A DNA stretch of 64,000 bases from an uncultured Lachnospiraceae bacterium (lineage in GTDB: Bacteria; Bacillota; Clostridia; Oscillospirales; CAG-272), in contig CAYOFP010000001.1 in NCBI GenBank assembly GCA_964403505.1, positions 70,548-134,547 of the forward strand, read 5' to 3'. Below the pieces are notes generated by a model. It made no database searches, was not told the origin of the DNA, and saw only the letters and a list, made by a program, of their open reading frames with translations. The position numbers were made by a program, and so were the translations under genes. How positions within the stretch are numbered: position 1 is the stretch's first letter; every line of letters starts with the position of its first letter. Shown piece by piece: positions 54,661 to 64,000 of this stretch.

Positions 54661-54704
54661 CTCACCACTTTTGTTCCACTTGCCACCACTTTATAGACAT
54701 TATA
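54661..54704 (-). promoter_or_regulatory. dcw promoter -10 box and MraZ operator (three GTGG direct repeats)
   Basis: On the minus strand: TATAAT (54699-54704), followed by AAAGTGGTGGCAAGTGGAACAAAAGTGGTGAG with GTGG at 10- and 11-nt spacing. Confidence 0.6.
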
Positions 54705-54791
54705 CACTATCAGGAAATATTTTTCAATAGCAAAAAGAAAAAATACCAACGTATTATAAAAAGGACCTGTCAACTCGGTCTTTTCGCCTCT

Positions 54792-54832
54792 AAAATAAGA
54801 AAATAAGACGCAGATTTTTACATCAGCGTCTT
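54792..54832 (-). terminator. Terminator of the SLH-protein gene
   Basis: Stem AAGACGC / GCGTCTT, then ATTTTCTTATTTT on the minus strand. Confidence 0.55.
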
Positions 54833-54847
54833 TTATTCTATTCTATA

Positions 54848-57640
54848 TCACATAGCCACCGAGGAATATCTCTTCAATATCAGAGCGACTTGCGCACGGG
54901 TTGCCGTGCCGCGTGCGTCGAGCATATTGATGTTGCCTATCTTGTTACCCGAGATAAGTCCTGCACCAATCGCCCATTTTATCGCGCTCTCGGCATAGCC
55001 TGACACTCTATTTCCGTCGGGAAATGCGGTAAGCTCTGCCGTAGCGGTTACATTATGTTTTTTAAGTGCGGCATATCTGTATAGAATTGCGGAAAGCTGC
55101 TCGCGTGTGATGCTTTCATTTGGGGCAAAGATCGTATCTGTTTTACCGTATACAACGCCGCTTGCTTGAGCCCACATAACCGCTTCTGCAAACCAATCGT
55201 TCTTCTTTACGTCCGTAAATACGCTCTCTTTACCTTCAAGACAGGGTCTGTTCTCAAGATTATAGAGAACCTCGACGAGCATTGCACGGGTCATAGCCAT
55301 ATCGGGCGCAAATCGATTTTTAGATACGCCGCTGAACAATCCATTATCCACAGCATATTGCACCGCATCAACATACCATGCACCGCATTTTACATCAGTG
55401 AATATATTATCCACAGAATTTACCGGGATCTCCGTCACATCGTTTTTCGCGTCACAATGCGTACAGTGGCGAGACTTATATCCCACACTTGTTGCAGTTG
55501 CAGGCATATCGATCGTCCACTCGGTCGAGTAGTTGTGTCCTAATGCATTGATTACCCGCTGTTCGGTCTGCTCGCACATAGTGCAGACGCGCTGTTGCGT
55601 ACCCGACTTCGTACAGGTTGCCGGAATCAGCGTTGTCCAATTACCAAAAGTATGTGTATGTGTGTTTATAGTACTCCAATGAGCGTAAAGTCTCAGGTTT
55701 CCGTCAACTACCGGAGTGGACTGCGTCACCAATTCTCCTCCGCTTGCCGCCGTGTACCAGCCATCGAACCGATAACCGTCGCGAACAGGCGTAGAAAGAT
55801 TGCGATAGGTATCGCCACGGGTAGAAGTGAACGCTGTACTATCACCGATTTCCGGCACAAACTCCGTAGCGGCAGTTCCCTCTTCCAACTGCATCTCTGA
55901 CATCCAAACCGTGCCCACACGATCAAAATACGGGTGGATATAATTTCCGCACACGACAGTTTTATTCATCGGAACCGTATAAAATGCCCAATCCGTTGTC
56001 AGCGTGACAGATACCACATCGGAAGCAGACTGATAACCCCAGCGGAAATACATTTTCGTTCCGTTCACAGAAGCCTTTCCCCAAAAGCTGAGCGTCATAT
56101 CATTATTGTCGCAGCAACCGCCGTCATAGATCTGACTGGTCTGGGTCTGGGTACAAAAAGCTAAATCATGATCAGAACTGCCGGCAGCCGTACCTACAAT
56201 TTTCAGAGTATTATATTTCGCCACATGCTTTACGCTGCTGTCTGCGGAAAGCGTATAGATATTTTTATCTCTGCTACTATAAGTCCAAGTGTTCAACCCG
56301 TTGATAAAAGCGCTGTCATAGAAATAATTCTTTCCGCTGTAATTGTCATAACAGAAGTTGTTATATGTCGCAGTACCGGGCATGGTAAAGCTTTTTCTCG
56401 GACTGGTGCAGGTCTTTCCGTCTACTGTCGCCCAGAACTCAAATTGATAGGTGTATCCCGGTAACAATGTCAGTTTCATGGCACTGCTTACAGTATACCA
56501 CATCTCAACATAAGTGAGATTAGCATAAGTGCCTGAAGGAGTCGTCTGTGTAGATGCCAACTGTGCGCCGTATGCGTTGTAAATCCTCGCACCGTAAGCA
56601 TTCAGGCTTGTGCCGGAATCCTTATTAAGCTTCTGTGCGATAACCGCATCCGTACTGCCGACATTCATTCTCGAAGGCAGATCCGAGAAATAGCAGGAAC
56701 TCGTAGTGACAGAATCCACATATTTGTAGTGGTAGCCGCATATCATATCTCTATATTCTTTTGTATCGTTTTTATAGATCTTACCGTCTTTGATCGACCA
56801 GCCGTTGGTTGTAATACGGACTTTTTTGTCATAACTGCCCTCTGCAGTGTACAAAGTATTTCCCGTACGTTTCAATACAATAAACCAATGGCCGCTTATC
56901 TGGATAATATCGCCGGTCGCTATATTGTTTGCACCGGTGAACTTCGTAAAGTCAGATGTATTCCATGCAAGACTTTTCGAACCGTAAACATATGCCGCAA
57001 AGTCTGCTGCATATGCACAACATCCCGAACTGCTGTAGGTTGATAATTTCGGCTTAATAGCGCCCCATGAAATCCCGTTTTTCCAACGAGAGTCTTTTAA
57101 GAACTCATCAACCTTCGTCTCGTATGCACTGGTAAATTTATAATGGTAGCCGTATACCATAGCTCTATATTCTTTTGTATCGTTTTTGTAGATCTTACCG
57201 TCTTTGATCGACCAGCCGACATTTGTAACACGGACTTTATTGTCATAACTGCCTTCTGCGGTGTCCAAGGTATTTCCCGTGCGTCGCAGCACAACAAACC
57301 AATGGCCGCTGATCTGAATAATGTCGCCGGTCTTTATATCATTTGCATCTGTAAACTTCGTAAAGTCAGATGTATTCCATACAAGACTTTTAGAACCGTA
57401 AACATATGCCGCAAAGTCCGCCGCAAAGGCACAGCACCCCGAACTGCTGTAAGTTGACAATTTCGGACTTATAGCGCCCCACGAAGTTCCGTTTTTCCAA
57501 CGAGAATCTTTTATAAATTCCAAAACTTTCGTCTCGTATGCATTTAAAGAAATCACGGCATTCACATTTTCCTTCAAAGCAGGAAAGAGACACAGGATCA
57601 TGCAAACGAGCAATATAACGGAAATCAAACGTTTTTTCAT
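54848..57640 (-). CDS. Secreted cell-surface protein: two duplicated Cys/His (CHAP/NlpC-P60-like) domains, Listeria-Bacteroides repeat, Cys-rich region, three C-terminal SLH domains
   Basis: Signal peptide MKKRLISVILLVCMILCLFPAL. SSSGCCA[FY]AADFA...GDIIQISGHWF occurs twice. GYRFDGWYTAASGGELV is the Listeria-Bacteroides repeat. Three FTDV/FPD...W[FY]...A SLH repeats close the protein. Confidence 0.85.
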   Translation of the reverse strand: MKKRLISVILLVCMILCLFPALKENVNAVISLNAYETKVLEFIKDSRWKNGTSWGAISPKLSTYSSSGCCAFAADFAAYVYGSKSLVWNTSDFTKFTDANDIKTGDIIQISGHWFVVLRRTGNTLDTAEGSYDNKVRVTNVGWSIKDGKIYKNDTKEYRAMVYGYHYKFTSAYETKVDEFLKDSRWKNGISWGAIKPKLSTYSSSGCCAYAADFAAYVYGSKSLAWNTSDFTKFTGANNIATGDIIQISGHWFIVLKRTGNTLYTAEGSYDKKVRITTNGWSIKDGKIYKNDTKEYRDMICGYHYKYVDSVTTSSCYFSDLPSRMNVGSTDAVIAQKLNKDSGTSLNAYGARIYNAYGAQLASTQTTPSGTYANLTYVEMWYTVSSAMKLTLLPGYTYQFEFWATVDGKTCTSPRKSFTMPGTATYNNFCYDNYSGKNYFYDSAFINGLNTWTYSSRDKNIYTLSADSSVKHVAKYNTLKIVGTAAGSSDHDLAFCTQTQTSQIYDGGCCDNNDMTLSFWGKASVNGTKMYFRWGYQSASDVVSVTLTTDWAFYTVPMNKTVVCGNYIHPYFDRVGTVWMSEMQLEEGTAATEFVPEIGDSTAFTSTRGDTYRNLSTPVRDGYRFDGWYTAASGGELVTQSTPVVDGNLRLYAHWSTINTHTHTFGNWTTLIPATCTKSGTQQRVCTMCEQTEQRVINALGHNYSTEWTIDMPATATSVGYKSRHCTHCDAKNDVTEIPVNSVDNIFTDVKCGAWYVDAVQYAVDNGLFSGVSKNRFAPDMAMTRAMLVEVLYNLENRPCLEGKESVFTDVKKNDWFAEAVMWAQASGVVYGKTDTIFAPNESITREQLSAILYRYAALKKHNVTATAELTAFPDGNRVSGYAESAIKWAIGAGLISGNKIGNINMLDARGTATRAQVALILKRYSSVAM
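56717..57544 (-). repeat. Tandem duplication (2 x 414 bp) inside the SLH-protein gene
   Basis: Two 138-aa units beginning YETKV[LD]EF[IL]KDSRWKNG are identical at most positions. The shadow ORFs 56729-57043 and 57143-57457 are offset by exactly 414 bp. Confidence 0.9.
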
Positions 57641-57688
57641 AATATAGCTTCAACCTCATCTAAGTTTTTCACATTGCAACTTGTCAAT

Positions 57689-58423
57689 TTATTTATACTC
57701 AGGAATATCAAAACCGGTTGTTTTTATCGAGGTTACTGTCATAATATCCGAACCGTCCGAATCGGTCATTTTCACAAAAATACCGGTTTGCTTATCAACG
57801 CAGATGGTTCCGATCACCTCGTCTTCGGCATATAGTTCATATTTGTACGCTTCACCTGTAAGTGTAATTTTTACGTCTTCACACTTTTTATATTTTATGT
57901 CAGAGCTTGCTTCTACGAACCCATAACCTACAAGCTGTAAAAGGTTTTGCAGTGATTCAACTTCGCCTTCCAAGGTTTCGGCAGAGGATTCCTTATCTTG
58001 CGTAAATTTTTCTGCAAAAACATCCTTTGTATATTTCACCACATCGCCGTTGCCACTTAATTCGTAAACATTCTCGTGTAGTTTCAGCACGCCGTCAGAG
58101 ATATACAAAATACCCGGATTTCCCTTATCTTTTAAAGCAATCTCCATTGTTTTAACACCCGATTCATTCTCTGAATCAGGATATATTACACTAATATAAA
58201 ACTCCTCAAGTTCAACTATTTTTTCAGGCTTGTCCAGCATTGTGCCGACAGTTACTTCTATGGGCTCCTGCGTTGTATTCGGGGAAGATGAAGGTGTATC
58301 GGACTGTGACTGACTATTGTCCGTACCTTTACTGTCAGACAGATCGTTTCCGGAACAAGCCGCCAAAACAAAGCACGAGATCAAGCAAAGTACTGCGGTA
58401 ATAATTTTAAAGTTTTGTTTCAT
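57689..58423 (-). CDS. Lipoprotein (unknown function)
   Basis: From the ATG at 58423: MKQNFKIITAVLCLISCFVLAAC, a lipobox signal peptide. Confidence 0.7.
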   Translation of the reverse strand: MKQNFKIITAVLCLISCFVLAACSGNDLSDSKGTDNSQSQSDTPSSSPNTTQEPIEVTVGTMLDKPEKIVELEEFYISVIYPDSENESGVKTMEIALKDKGNPGILYISDGVLKLHENVYELSGNGDVVKYTKDVFAEKFTQDKESSAETLEGEVESLQNLLQLVGYGFVEASSDIKYKKCEDVKITLTGEAYKYELYAEDEVIGTICVDKQTGIFVKMTDSDGSDIMTVTSIKTTGFDIPEYK

Positions 58424-58454
58424 AATTCGTATTCCTTTCATTGTTTATTAAATT

Positions 58455-59126
58455 TTATAAATACTTCTCCGCTTCATTTGCGACAGCGTCCATCTGACTG
58501 TATATTTCCGCAATTTTGGGCGCTGTCTCTTTTTTTGCTCTCTTTTCCGCAATTTTATACGCAATTATATACGACGGTACCCACAAGGAGACATATCCTA
58601 TCAGTAATTCAAAAATAAACAACCATCCAAAAACAGTTCCGGTAACAATCTTCGCTGAAATCAAAAAAGCAACAATAAACGGTACAATAATCCAAAAATA
58701 GAACTTTTTACTTCTCTTTTCGACGGAAACTTCAAGTTGCTCTATCTCCTGCGCAAGAGCTGTAAAACGGTCATATTTTTCCTTTAATATGTCATAGTTC
58801 GGCATATTTTTATCGCGCTCGAACACTAATTTTATATAGTGCTCTTTTTCCGTGATAGAATTAACATATCCGTTTCCGTTTCGCATGTTCCCGTATACGG
58901 ATGTCTGCGATGTGTTGATTTCCTGACTGCTTTTAAGCGACCATCCCATTTTTTGATGCATATTAATGGTCGTTTGCTCCCGCTCGGGCTTTTCCGTGAA
59001 AGTTATACTTTCTATTATCGGCGATTTGTGTGAGTTGACCGCACCTCCGGTGCCGAGATTGTCGCCGCAATTCGGGCAGAATGTGCTTTCGCCGGGAAAC
59101 TCCCTCCCGCATTTTGAACAAAACAT
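58455..59126 (-). CDS. Zinc-ribbon membrane protein
   Basis: The ATG at 59126 follows AAGGAAAGGA. N-terminal zinc ribbon MFCSKCGREFPGESTFCPNCG. Two C-terminal TM helices. Confidence 0.65.
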   Translation of the reverse strand: MFCSKCGREFPGESTFCPNCGDNLGTGGAVNSHKSPIIESITFTEKPEREQTTINMHQKMGWSLKSSQEINTSQTSVYGNMRNGNGYVNSITEKEHYIKLVFERDKNMPNYDILKEKYDRFTALAQEIEQLEVSVEKRSKKFYFWIIVPFIVAFLISAKIVTGTVFGWLFIFELLIGYVSLWVPSYIIAYKIAEKRAKKETAPKIAEIYSQMDAVANEAEKYL

Positions 59127-59158
59127 GATTTTTACATCCTTTCCTTGCTTTTTAATAT

Positions 59159-60019
59159 TTATTTTACAGTTTTTTGCAGCACGCAATCGCCTACCGCAAC
59201 ACCTTTTTGACACTCGATTTTGAGCATTTGTACGCCAGTTACATCCAACTCGATCTCATAAGGGAATACAGATTGTTTTATCTGCTTATCGGCATACAAA
59301 CTAACAGCTTTGTCATCATCACCGCCGGAGAAATCATTTATAGAAACGCCGCTGTAATAATCGCTTCCGGGAGAAAGCCCGAAAATCGTTAAATTAAATC
59401 TATTATATTTGCTGTCTAATAAATAAACTGCATATGCATCTCCGTAGCTTGAATAAAAAACCGTATGATGATTATTCCCTTTTGCATCCTTGTGGTTTTC
59501 TGTTGCTACCATATGACGCTTGTCATATTCTTTTAAATCGCTGAGTTTCACCGGAGCAAATGAATTATAATACTCTCTCTTTTCAGCCAAGAACTGATCT
59601 TCCGGGAAATATTGCAGTCCGGACTGAATGATCTTTAGCGCATCCTCATATTTCGTATAATCTGAGAACACCTTTTCTGCATCTGCGATAAGATTTGAAA
59701 TATATTCTTTCTCGCATGTTTTGACTTTGGCCGCTAAATCTACATCATCAGGAAGTATAGCTACGCCCGTTTTAAGTATTTCTATCGCCTTTATCCAGTC
59801 TTTCTTTGATGTGCTGTCTTTGACTTCGTTCAGTACTTGCTCTTTGTATTTTTGAATTGCTGTGGTCTTCTTTTCTTCAGCATCATTGCAGTCGGCGTCC
59901 TTCGGCAATACCTTTGAAAGCTCGGCGATCGCATCAGCGTAGTTTCCCGATTCAAAAAGAGAGATCCCACTTTTGTATGCGATCTTGGAATTGAATGCGT
60001 CGTCTATTTCACCAATCAT
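59159..60019 (-). CDS. TPR-like helical protein with a C-terminal beta-rich (possibly carbohydrate-binding) domain
   Basis: 286 aa. ATGA overlap with the upstream ORF. The domain assignment is tentative. Confidence 0.45.
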   Translation of the reverse strand: MIGEIDDAFNSKIAYKSGISLFESGNYADAIAELSKVLPKDADCNDAEEKKTTAIQKYKEQVLNEVKDSTSKKDWIKAIEILKTGVAILPDDVDLAAKVKTCEKEYISNLIADAEKVFSDYTKYEDALKIIQSGLQYFPEDQFLAEKREYYNSFAPVKLSDLKEYDKRHMVATENHKDAKGNNHHTVFYSSYGDAYAVYLLDSKYNRFNLTIFGLSPGSDYYSGVSINDFSGGDDDKAVSLYADKQIKQSVFPYEIELDVTGVQMLKIECQKGVAVGDCVLQKTVK

Positions 60020-60375
60020 AGCGTCATAGTTACTCGGAATGCAATCTGTCGATGAACATACTTTTTTACCGTATTTTCCTTAGCCTCTGCCACCGAGTTG
60101 TCAAGTTCTCCCGAAAGTATTCCTGACTTGATTTCGGACAAATAAGCTGCGATGCAATTTGATGCTTCAATTTCCAGTTCGCTGTTTCCGGAAATTTCAG
60201 AATTGTACAAAGCAATAGCGTCTGTATATTCATTGTCAAGAATATGTGTGGCAAATTTTTTCACCTGCGAACTGGTTGCTTCGAAAGAATTGTCCAGTGA
60301 GAGCTTTGATTTGCATGATGTCATGCTTACAATTAATATAATTGCCAATATTGCCGCTCCGAAATTTTTAATCAT
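60016..60375 (-). CDS. Small lipoprotein
   Basis: The ATG at 60375 follows AGGAGGAAC. MIKNFGAAILAIILIVSMTSC is a lipobox signal peptide. The long upstream extension of the ORF lacks an RBS. Confidence 0.6.
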   Translation of the reverse strand: MIKNFGAAILAIILIVSMTSCKSKLSLDNSFEATSSQVKKFATHILDNEYTDAIALYNSEISGNSELEIEASNCIAAYLSEIKSGILSGELDNSVAEAKENTVKKYVHRQIAFRVTMTL

Positions 60376-60756
60376 ATGTGTTCCTCCTGTTTTCTGTTTG
60401 CTATCTTGACCACTTTCAAAAAGCAAACCTTTAGAGAATAAGATATTTTTAAGAGAATTTTCGACAAATCTATAAAAAATACCCAAAAATATTAATATTT
60501 CTCTTGACTTTCTCAGATTTTTATGGTATCTTACAACAGTAATAAGCACTCTCAAAAGGTTTACTTTTTGAGAGTGCTTATTTATCATCCGGCGGTTAAA
60601 GTTTTTTGCGAAAACCATTGAAAAATATAGCAAAATACAATTCCTAATAATAGCAAAACGCTGATACTTATTCAACTAAGAATCAGCGTTTTATATTTTT
60701 ATTTTCAGGGGCCGTAAGCTGACTGCGAGAACCGACGGCTTTTAAATCACGTCAGC

Positions 60757-61242
60757 TTAAATACCTGTGTTTATCTTTCTCTCAATGTATTCGGCAACAG
60801 GCGCAGCTACATCGTCGGCAATGCTCTCGCCGCGCTTCAGTTTTTCACGCACAGCGCCCGAGCTCAGGCCCGAGAGCTCCTCGTCGGCAGGCAAAAACAG
60901 TGTCGTTATTTCGGGTGCATACCTGCGGTTATTATTTGCCATTATCATCTCGTATTCCACGTCGGACACGCCCCTCACACCGCGCACGAGAATGCTGATA
61001 CCGTGCTTGCGTGCATAGTCCACCGTCATGCCCTCATATGCGTCGACCGTTACATTATCGAGGTCGGCAAAGGCGAGACGGAGCATATCCTTTCTTTCAT
61101 CGAGAGAAAAACGGCAGGTCTTTTCGGCATTGATAAAAACCACCGCATACACCTCATCAAAAAGTGCGGCACACTTCCGCACAAGCGCGGCATGGCCGTT
61201 TGTTATCGGGTCATAGCTCCCGGCAAGCAAAACCTTACTCAT
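60757..61242 (-). CDS. coaD: Phosphopantetheine adenylyltransferase CoaD
   Basis: From the ATG at 61242 (RBS GGAGGGAG): MSKVLLAGSYDPITNGH, the nucleotidyltransferase motif. Confidence 0.93.
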   Translation of the reverse strand: MSKVLLAGSYDPITNGHAALVRKCAALFDEVYAVVFINAEKTCRFSLDERKDMLRLAFADLDNVTVDAYEGMTVDYARKHGISILVRGVRGVSDVEYEMIMANNNRRYAPEITTLFLPADEELSGLSSGAVREKLKRGESIADDVAAPVAEYIERKINTGI

Positions 61243-61789
61243 TTTCTCCCTCCTTTTCAAGAAAAGATAAATAGATCCTCCCGTATTTTCCGTGCTTACG
61301 CAGGATAAAGCCCTCTGCCTCATACGGCGCTTCCCTCTCGTCCTCGCACACAATCATACCGCCCTCGGCTATCAGTTCTTTTTGTATGATAGACGACAGC
61401 GCACGGTCAATCAGACGTGCGGCATACGGCGGATCGAGAAATATAATATCAAATTTCTGTCCTGCGAGGCGGTCGAGTGCCACCATATAATCGCACTGCA
61501 GAACGAGCGCACCCGACAGATGTGTTTTCTCAATGTTTTTGCGTATGATCTTTACCGCCTCTGCCGAATTATCACACATCACAGCGCTTACAGCACCGCG
61601 GGAGAGTGCCTCGAGCGCAAGCTGTCCGCTGCCTGAAAAAAGATCGAGCACCTTTTTCCCCGAAAGCTCAAACTGCAATGTATTGAAAAGCGCTTCCTTT
61701 GCCCGCTCGGCAGTAGGTCTGGTCGCAAGCCCCTCGAGCGTTTCGAGGCGCACTCCCCTTGCCTTTCCCGTAATTATTCTCATCATCAC
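61235..61789 (-). CDS. rsmD: 16S rRNA (guanine966-N2)-methyltransferase RsmD
   Basis: RIITGKARG...RPT, LDLFSGSGQLALEALSRGA, FLDPPY. Confidence 0.92.
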   Translation of the reverse strand: MMMRIITGKARGVRLETLEGLATRPTAERAKEALFNTLQFELSGKKVLDLFSGSGQLALEALSRGAVSAVMCDNSAEAVKIIRKNIEKTHLSGALVLQCDYMVALDRLAGQKFDIIFLDPPYAARLIDRALSSIIQKELIAEGGMIVCEDEREAPYEAEGFILRKHGKYGRIYLSFLEKEGENE

Positions 61790-63663
61790 GATTCTCCGAA
61801 TCTGTTTTTTATATCCTGCGCATTTTTCAAAGTAACGCCCTTTACCTCTGCTATCTCATCGACGCTCGCCTTTTTCACACCGGCAAGACCGCCGAAGTGT
61901 GCGAGGATCGCCTTTGCCTTTGCAGGACCTATTCCGTCCACCTTTTCGAGAACGGAACGCTTTATCGTCGTTTGCTTTTTCGCACGCATTTTCGTTATCG
62001 TAAAGCGGTGTACCTCTTCCTGTAATTTATAAATAAACTGAAAGACCGACTGCTCATTTGCGATCGATATCATGTTTTCTTCATCGCATAAGGCTCTCGT
62101 TTTGTGAAACTCGTCCTTCACCATGCCGAAAACGGGGATATCACATCCCTTTTCCGACATCAACTCACGAATAACGCCGACATGGCCTTTGCCGCCGTCG
62201 AGCAATATCAGGTCGGGGAGGCTGCCGTGCTCCAGCCTGCGTGATATCATCTCTCGCATCGACGCATAGTCGTCCTGACCGCTTACCGTCTTCATATTGA
62301 AGATCCTGTATTCGCTTTTTTTGAAAACGCCGTTGACAGCGACGACCATACCGCCTGTGATATTCTCGCTTCCGTAGTTTGATATATCGTACGATTCGAT
62401 ACGGTCGGGATATACCTCGAGCGACAGTATCTGCGCCAGGCGGAACAGCATTTTTGAGTCTTTTTCATTCCGGTGCTTATATTCCGCCGCCTCATGCTCT
62501 GCGAAATCGTATACTGTAGCGGCAAGGGCACGGAGGTCGCCCCGCTCGGGAATGTGGATATTTACCTTATGTCCTGCAACGCCCGATAGCATCTCCTCGA
62601 TATCGGAAACAGCCTCAGACGGGAGGTCAAAACCGATAAGGATGTTTCTCGGTATATCGGTCCTGTTTTTATATATCTCATAGAAAAATCCCGGTATCGT
62701 CTCTTCATCGACGATGACATCATGCGGAAAGATAAAGCTGTCGCTATCCGTCAGCGCTCCCTCACGCACTACATACATACCGATGCAGGAACACACATCG
62801 TCCGTATAAAGGGCAAAAATATCTCTATTTACATCCGGCGCACAAAGCACCTTTTGTTTTGTACGGAGCGCATCGAGCGCATTTATTCTGTCCCGCAGAA
62901 GGGCGGCGGTCTCATACTGCATATTCTGTGACGCCATCATCATCCGTTCATACAAAAGCTCCCTTACCTCTCCGTAATTTCCCTTTAAGGCAGGCATGAT
63001 CTGCTCAAAGAGCGCATGATACTCCTCGGGAGTCACATTACCCGTGCAGGGAGCTACACACTGCCCAATCTGTCGATAGATACAGGGTCTTATTTTTTTG
63101 ATATCACGGGGAAAGCGGTATTTGCAGGATGCGATGCCGAATGTTTTTTCAAGGGTCTTTATCACCCCGTAGATATCTCTCGTTCCCGAATACGGACCGA
63201 AGTACCTTGCACCGTCATCGGTTCGTTTTCTCGTAATCTCGATATGCGGATAATCGCTTTTGATATCCACCTTGATATAAGGATAGCTCTTGCCGTCCTT
63301 TAAGAGTATATTATATTTCGGCTGATACAGCTTGATCAGACAGTTTTCGAGTGCGAGCGCCTCCATATTCGTATCGGTCAGCATATACTCGAAATCCGCT
63401 ACATTTGAAACCATCTTCGCCGTTTTGAGATTATGACCCGTACCTGCGCCGAAATACTGCGTTACACGGTTTTTCAGCGATTTTGACTTTCCGACATAAA
63501 TGACCGTTCCGTCCGAGCGGCGCATGATATAGACCCCCGGCCGAAGCGGCAGGCGGTTTGCCTTTTGCCTTAATTCATCTTTTGTCAATACCCTTGTTAA
63601 TTCTTCCATGATATACCAAAATGCAAATGCGGACAATCCAAGAATGGATTGCCCGCTGTGCAT
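61786..63663 (-). CDS. uvrC: Excinuclease ABC subunit C (UvrC)
   Basis: GIY-YIG domain (PGVYIMR...VIYVGKSKSLKNRV), UVR domain, and a C-terminal (HhH)2 motif. The start may be the internal ATG at 63609. Confidence 0.95.
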   Translation of the reverse strand: MHSGQSILGLSAFAFWYIMEELTRVLTKDELRQKANRLPLRPGVYIMRRSDGTVIYVGKSKSLKNRVTQYFGAGTGHNLKTAKMVSNVADFEYMLTDTNMEALALENCLIKLYQPKYNILLKDGKSYPYIKVDIKSDYPHIEITRKRTDDGARYFGPYSGTRDIYGVIKTLEKTFGIASCKYRFPRDIKKIRPCIYRQIGQCVAPCTGNVTPEEYHALFEQIMPALKGNYGEVRELLYERMMMASQNMQYETAALLRDRINALDALRTKQKVLCAPDVNRDIFALYTDDVCSCIGMYVVREGALTDSDSFIFPHDVIVDEETIPGFFYEIYKNRTDIPRNILIGFDLPSEAVSDIEEMLSGVAGHKVNIHIPERGDLRALAATVYDFAEHEAAEYKHRNEKDSKMLFRLAQILSLEVYPDRIESYDISNYGSENITGGMVVAVNGVFKKSEYRIFNMKTVSGQDDYASMREMISRRLEHGSLPDLILLDGGKGHVGVIRELMSEKGCDIPVFGMVKDEFHKTRALCDEENMISIANEQSVFQFIYKLQEEVHRFTITKMRAKKQTTIKRSVLEKVDGIGPAKAKAILAHFGGLAGVKKASVDEIAEVKGVTLKNAQDIKNRFGES

Positions 63664-63675
63664 GACTTTGTAAAT

Positions 63676-63939
63676 TTATTCGTTAAAGCCGTTGTCAATG
63701 AGCTCAACAAGACCGTTTACAGCCTCATTCTCATCGACACCCTCAGCCTCGAGCTCTATCTCCATTCCCTGGATGATTCCGAGAGAAAGAACGCCGAGCA
63801 GACTCTTTGCGTTGACCTTACGCTGATCCTTTTTCACAGAAACCGTGCTTTTATATTTGTTTGCTTCCTGTATAAAATACGTAGCAGGTCTGGCATGCAG
63901 TCCGACGCTGTTCGTTATTGTAATTTTGCGTGTTACCAT
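63676..63939 (-). CDS. ptsH: Phosphocarrier protein HPr
   Basis: 87 aa with the His15 site GLHARPA and the Ser46 site NAKSLLGV. Confidence 0.95.
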   Translation of the reverse strand: MVTRKITITNSVGLHARPATYFIQEANKYKSTVSVKKDQRKVNAKSLLGVLSLGIIQGMEIELEAEGVDENEAVNGLVELIDNGFNE

Positions 63940-64000
63940 ATTAATCTCCCGGCATTTTTAATATCTTTTACTACATTTAGATATTATATCAAAAACAATT

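Noticed and set aside
60016-60078. The 119-aa lipoprotein ORF and the 286-aa ORF could be one gene split by a frameshift in an A6 tract (60062-60067).
   Set aside because: The downstream frame is open for only ~20 codons upstream of its ATG. The two ORFs also meet in an ATGA stop/start overlap typical of translational coupling. A slip in the A-run would fuse them, so the idea is noted but not supported.
1-64000. I searched by eye for CRISPR arrays, reverse transcriptases (DGR/retron), integrases or transposases, and rRNA genes.
   Set aside because: None was recognisable. The only RNA gene found is tRNA-Lys. The lysogeny and integration module is presumably left of the window.

Overview
The window comes from a Firmicutes (Clostridia-like) chromosome and has three parts. 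(1) Positions 1 to ~30.4 kb hold the modification, packaging, virion and lysis part of a prophage, all on the + strand. It contains a decayed C5-methyltransferase locus, an HUH Rep-like gene, TerS/TerL, portal, a phage Prp-like protease, scaffold, major capsid, a 3229-aa giant ORF, fibre-like genes, holin and an amidase endolysin. No integrase is in the window, and no tail tube, sheath or tape-measure gene was recognised. The rightward genes fall into four blocks, each headed by the same unusual promoter-like motif (GGGTTAGA-N20-TGnTAnnAT) and closed by a hairpin terminator. Two minus-strand toxin-antitoxin cassettes with consensus sigma-A promoters sit in the gaps on either side of the giant gene: YefM/YoeB, and a GNAT toxin with a small partner. 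(2) Positions 30.4-32.9 kb are a visibly AT-rich accessory island next to tRNA-Lys(UUU). It carries a Panacea/DUF4065-like protein followed by a coiled-coil, three-transmembrane (3-TM) protein with a perfect 24-bp in-frame repeat. This is my best candidate for an undescribed toxin-antitoxin or abortive-infection pair. (3) Positions 33.1-64 kb are core genes, all on the - strand: an acetyltransferase, the ctsR-mcsA-mcsB-clpC operon, peptidoglycan-binding proteins, and a dcw cluster (mraZ-rsmH-ftsL-PBP-murE-murF-mraY-ftsW-murG-ftsQ-ftsZ, with no murD or ftsA). These are followed by an SLH surface protein with an internal tandem duplication, small lipoprotein and membrane genes, and coaD, rsmD, uvrC and ptsH. 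All family assignments come from reading motifs by eye; no database search was run.
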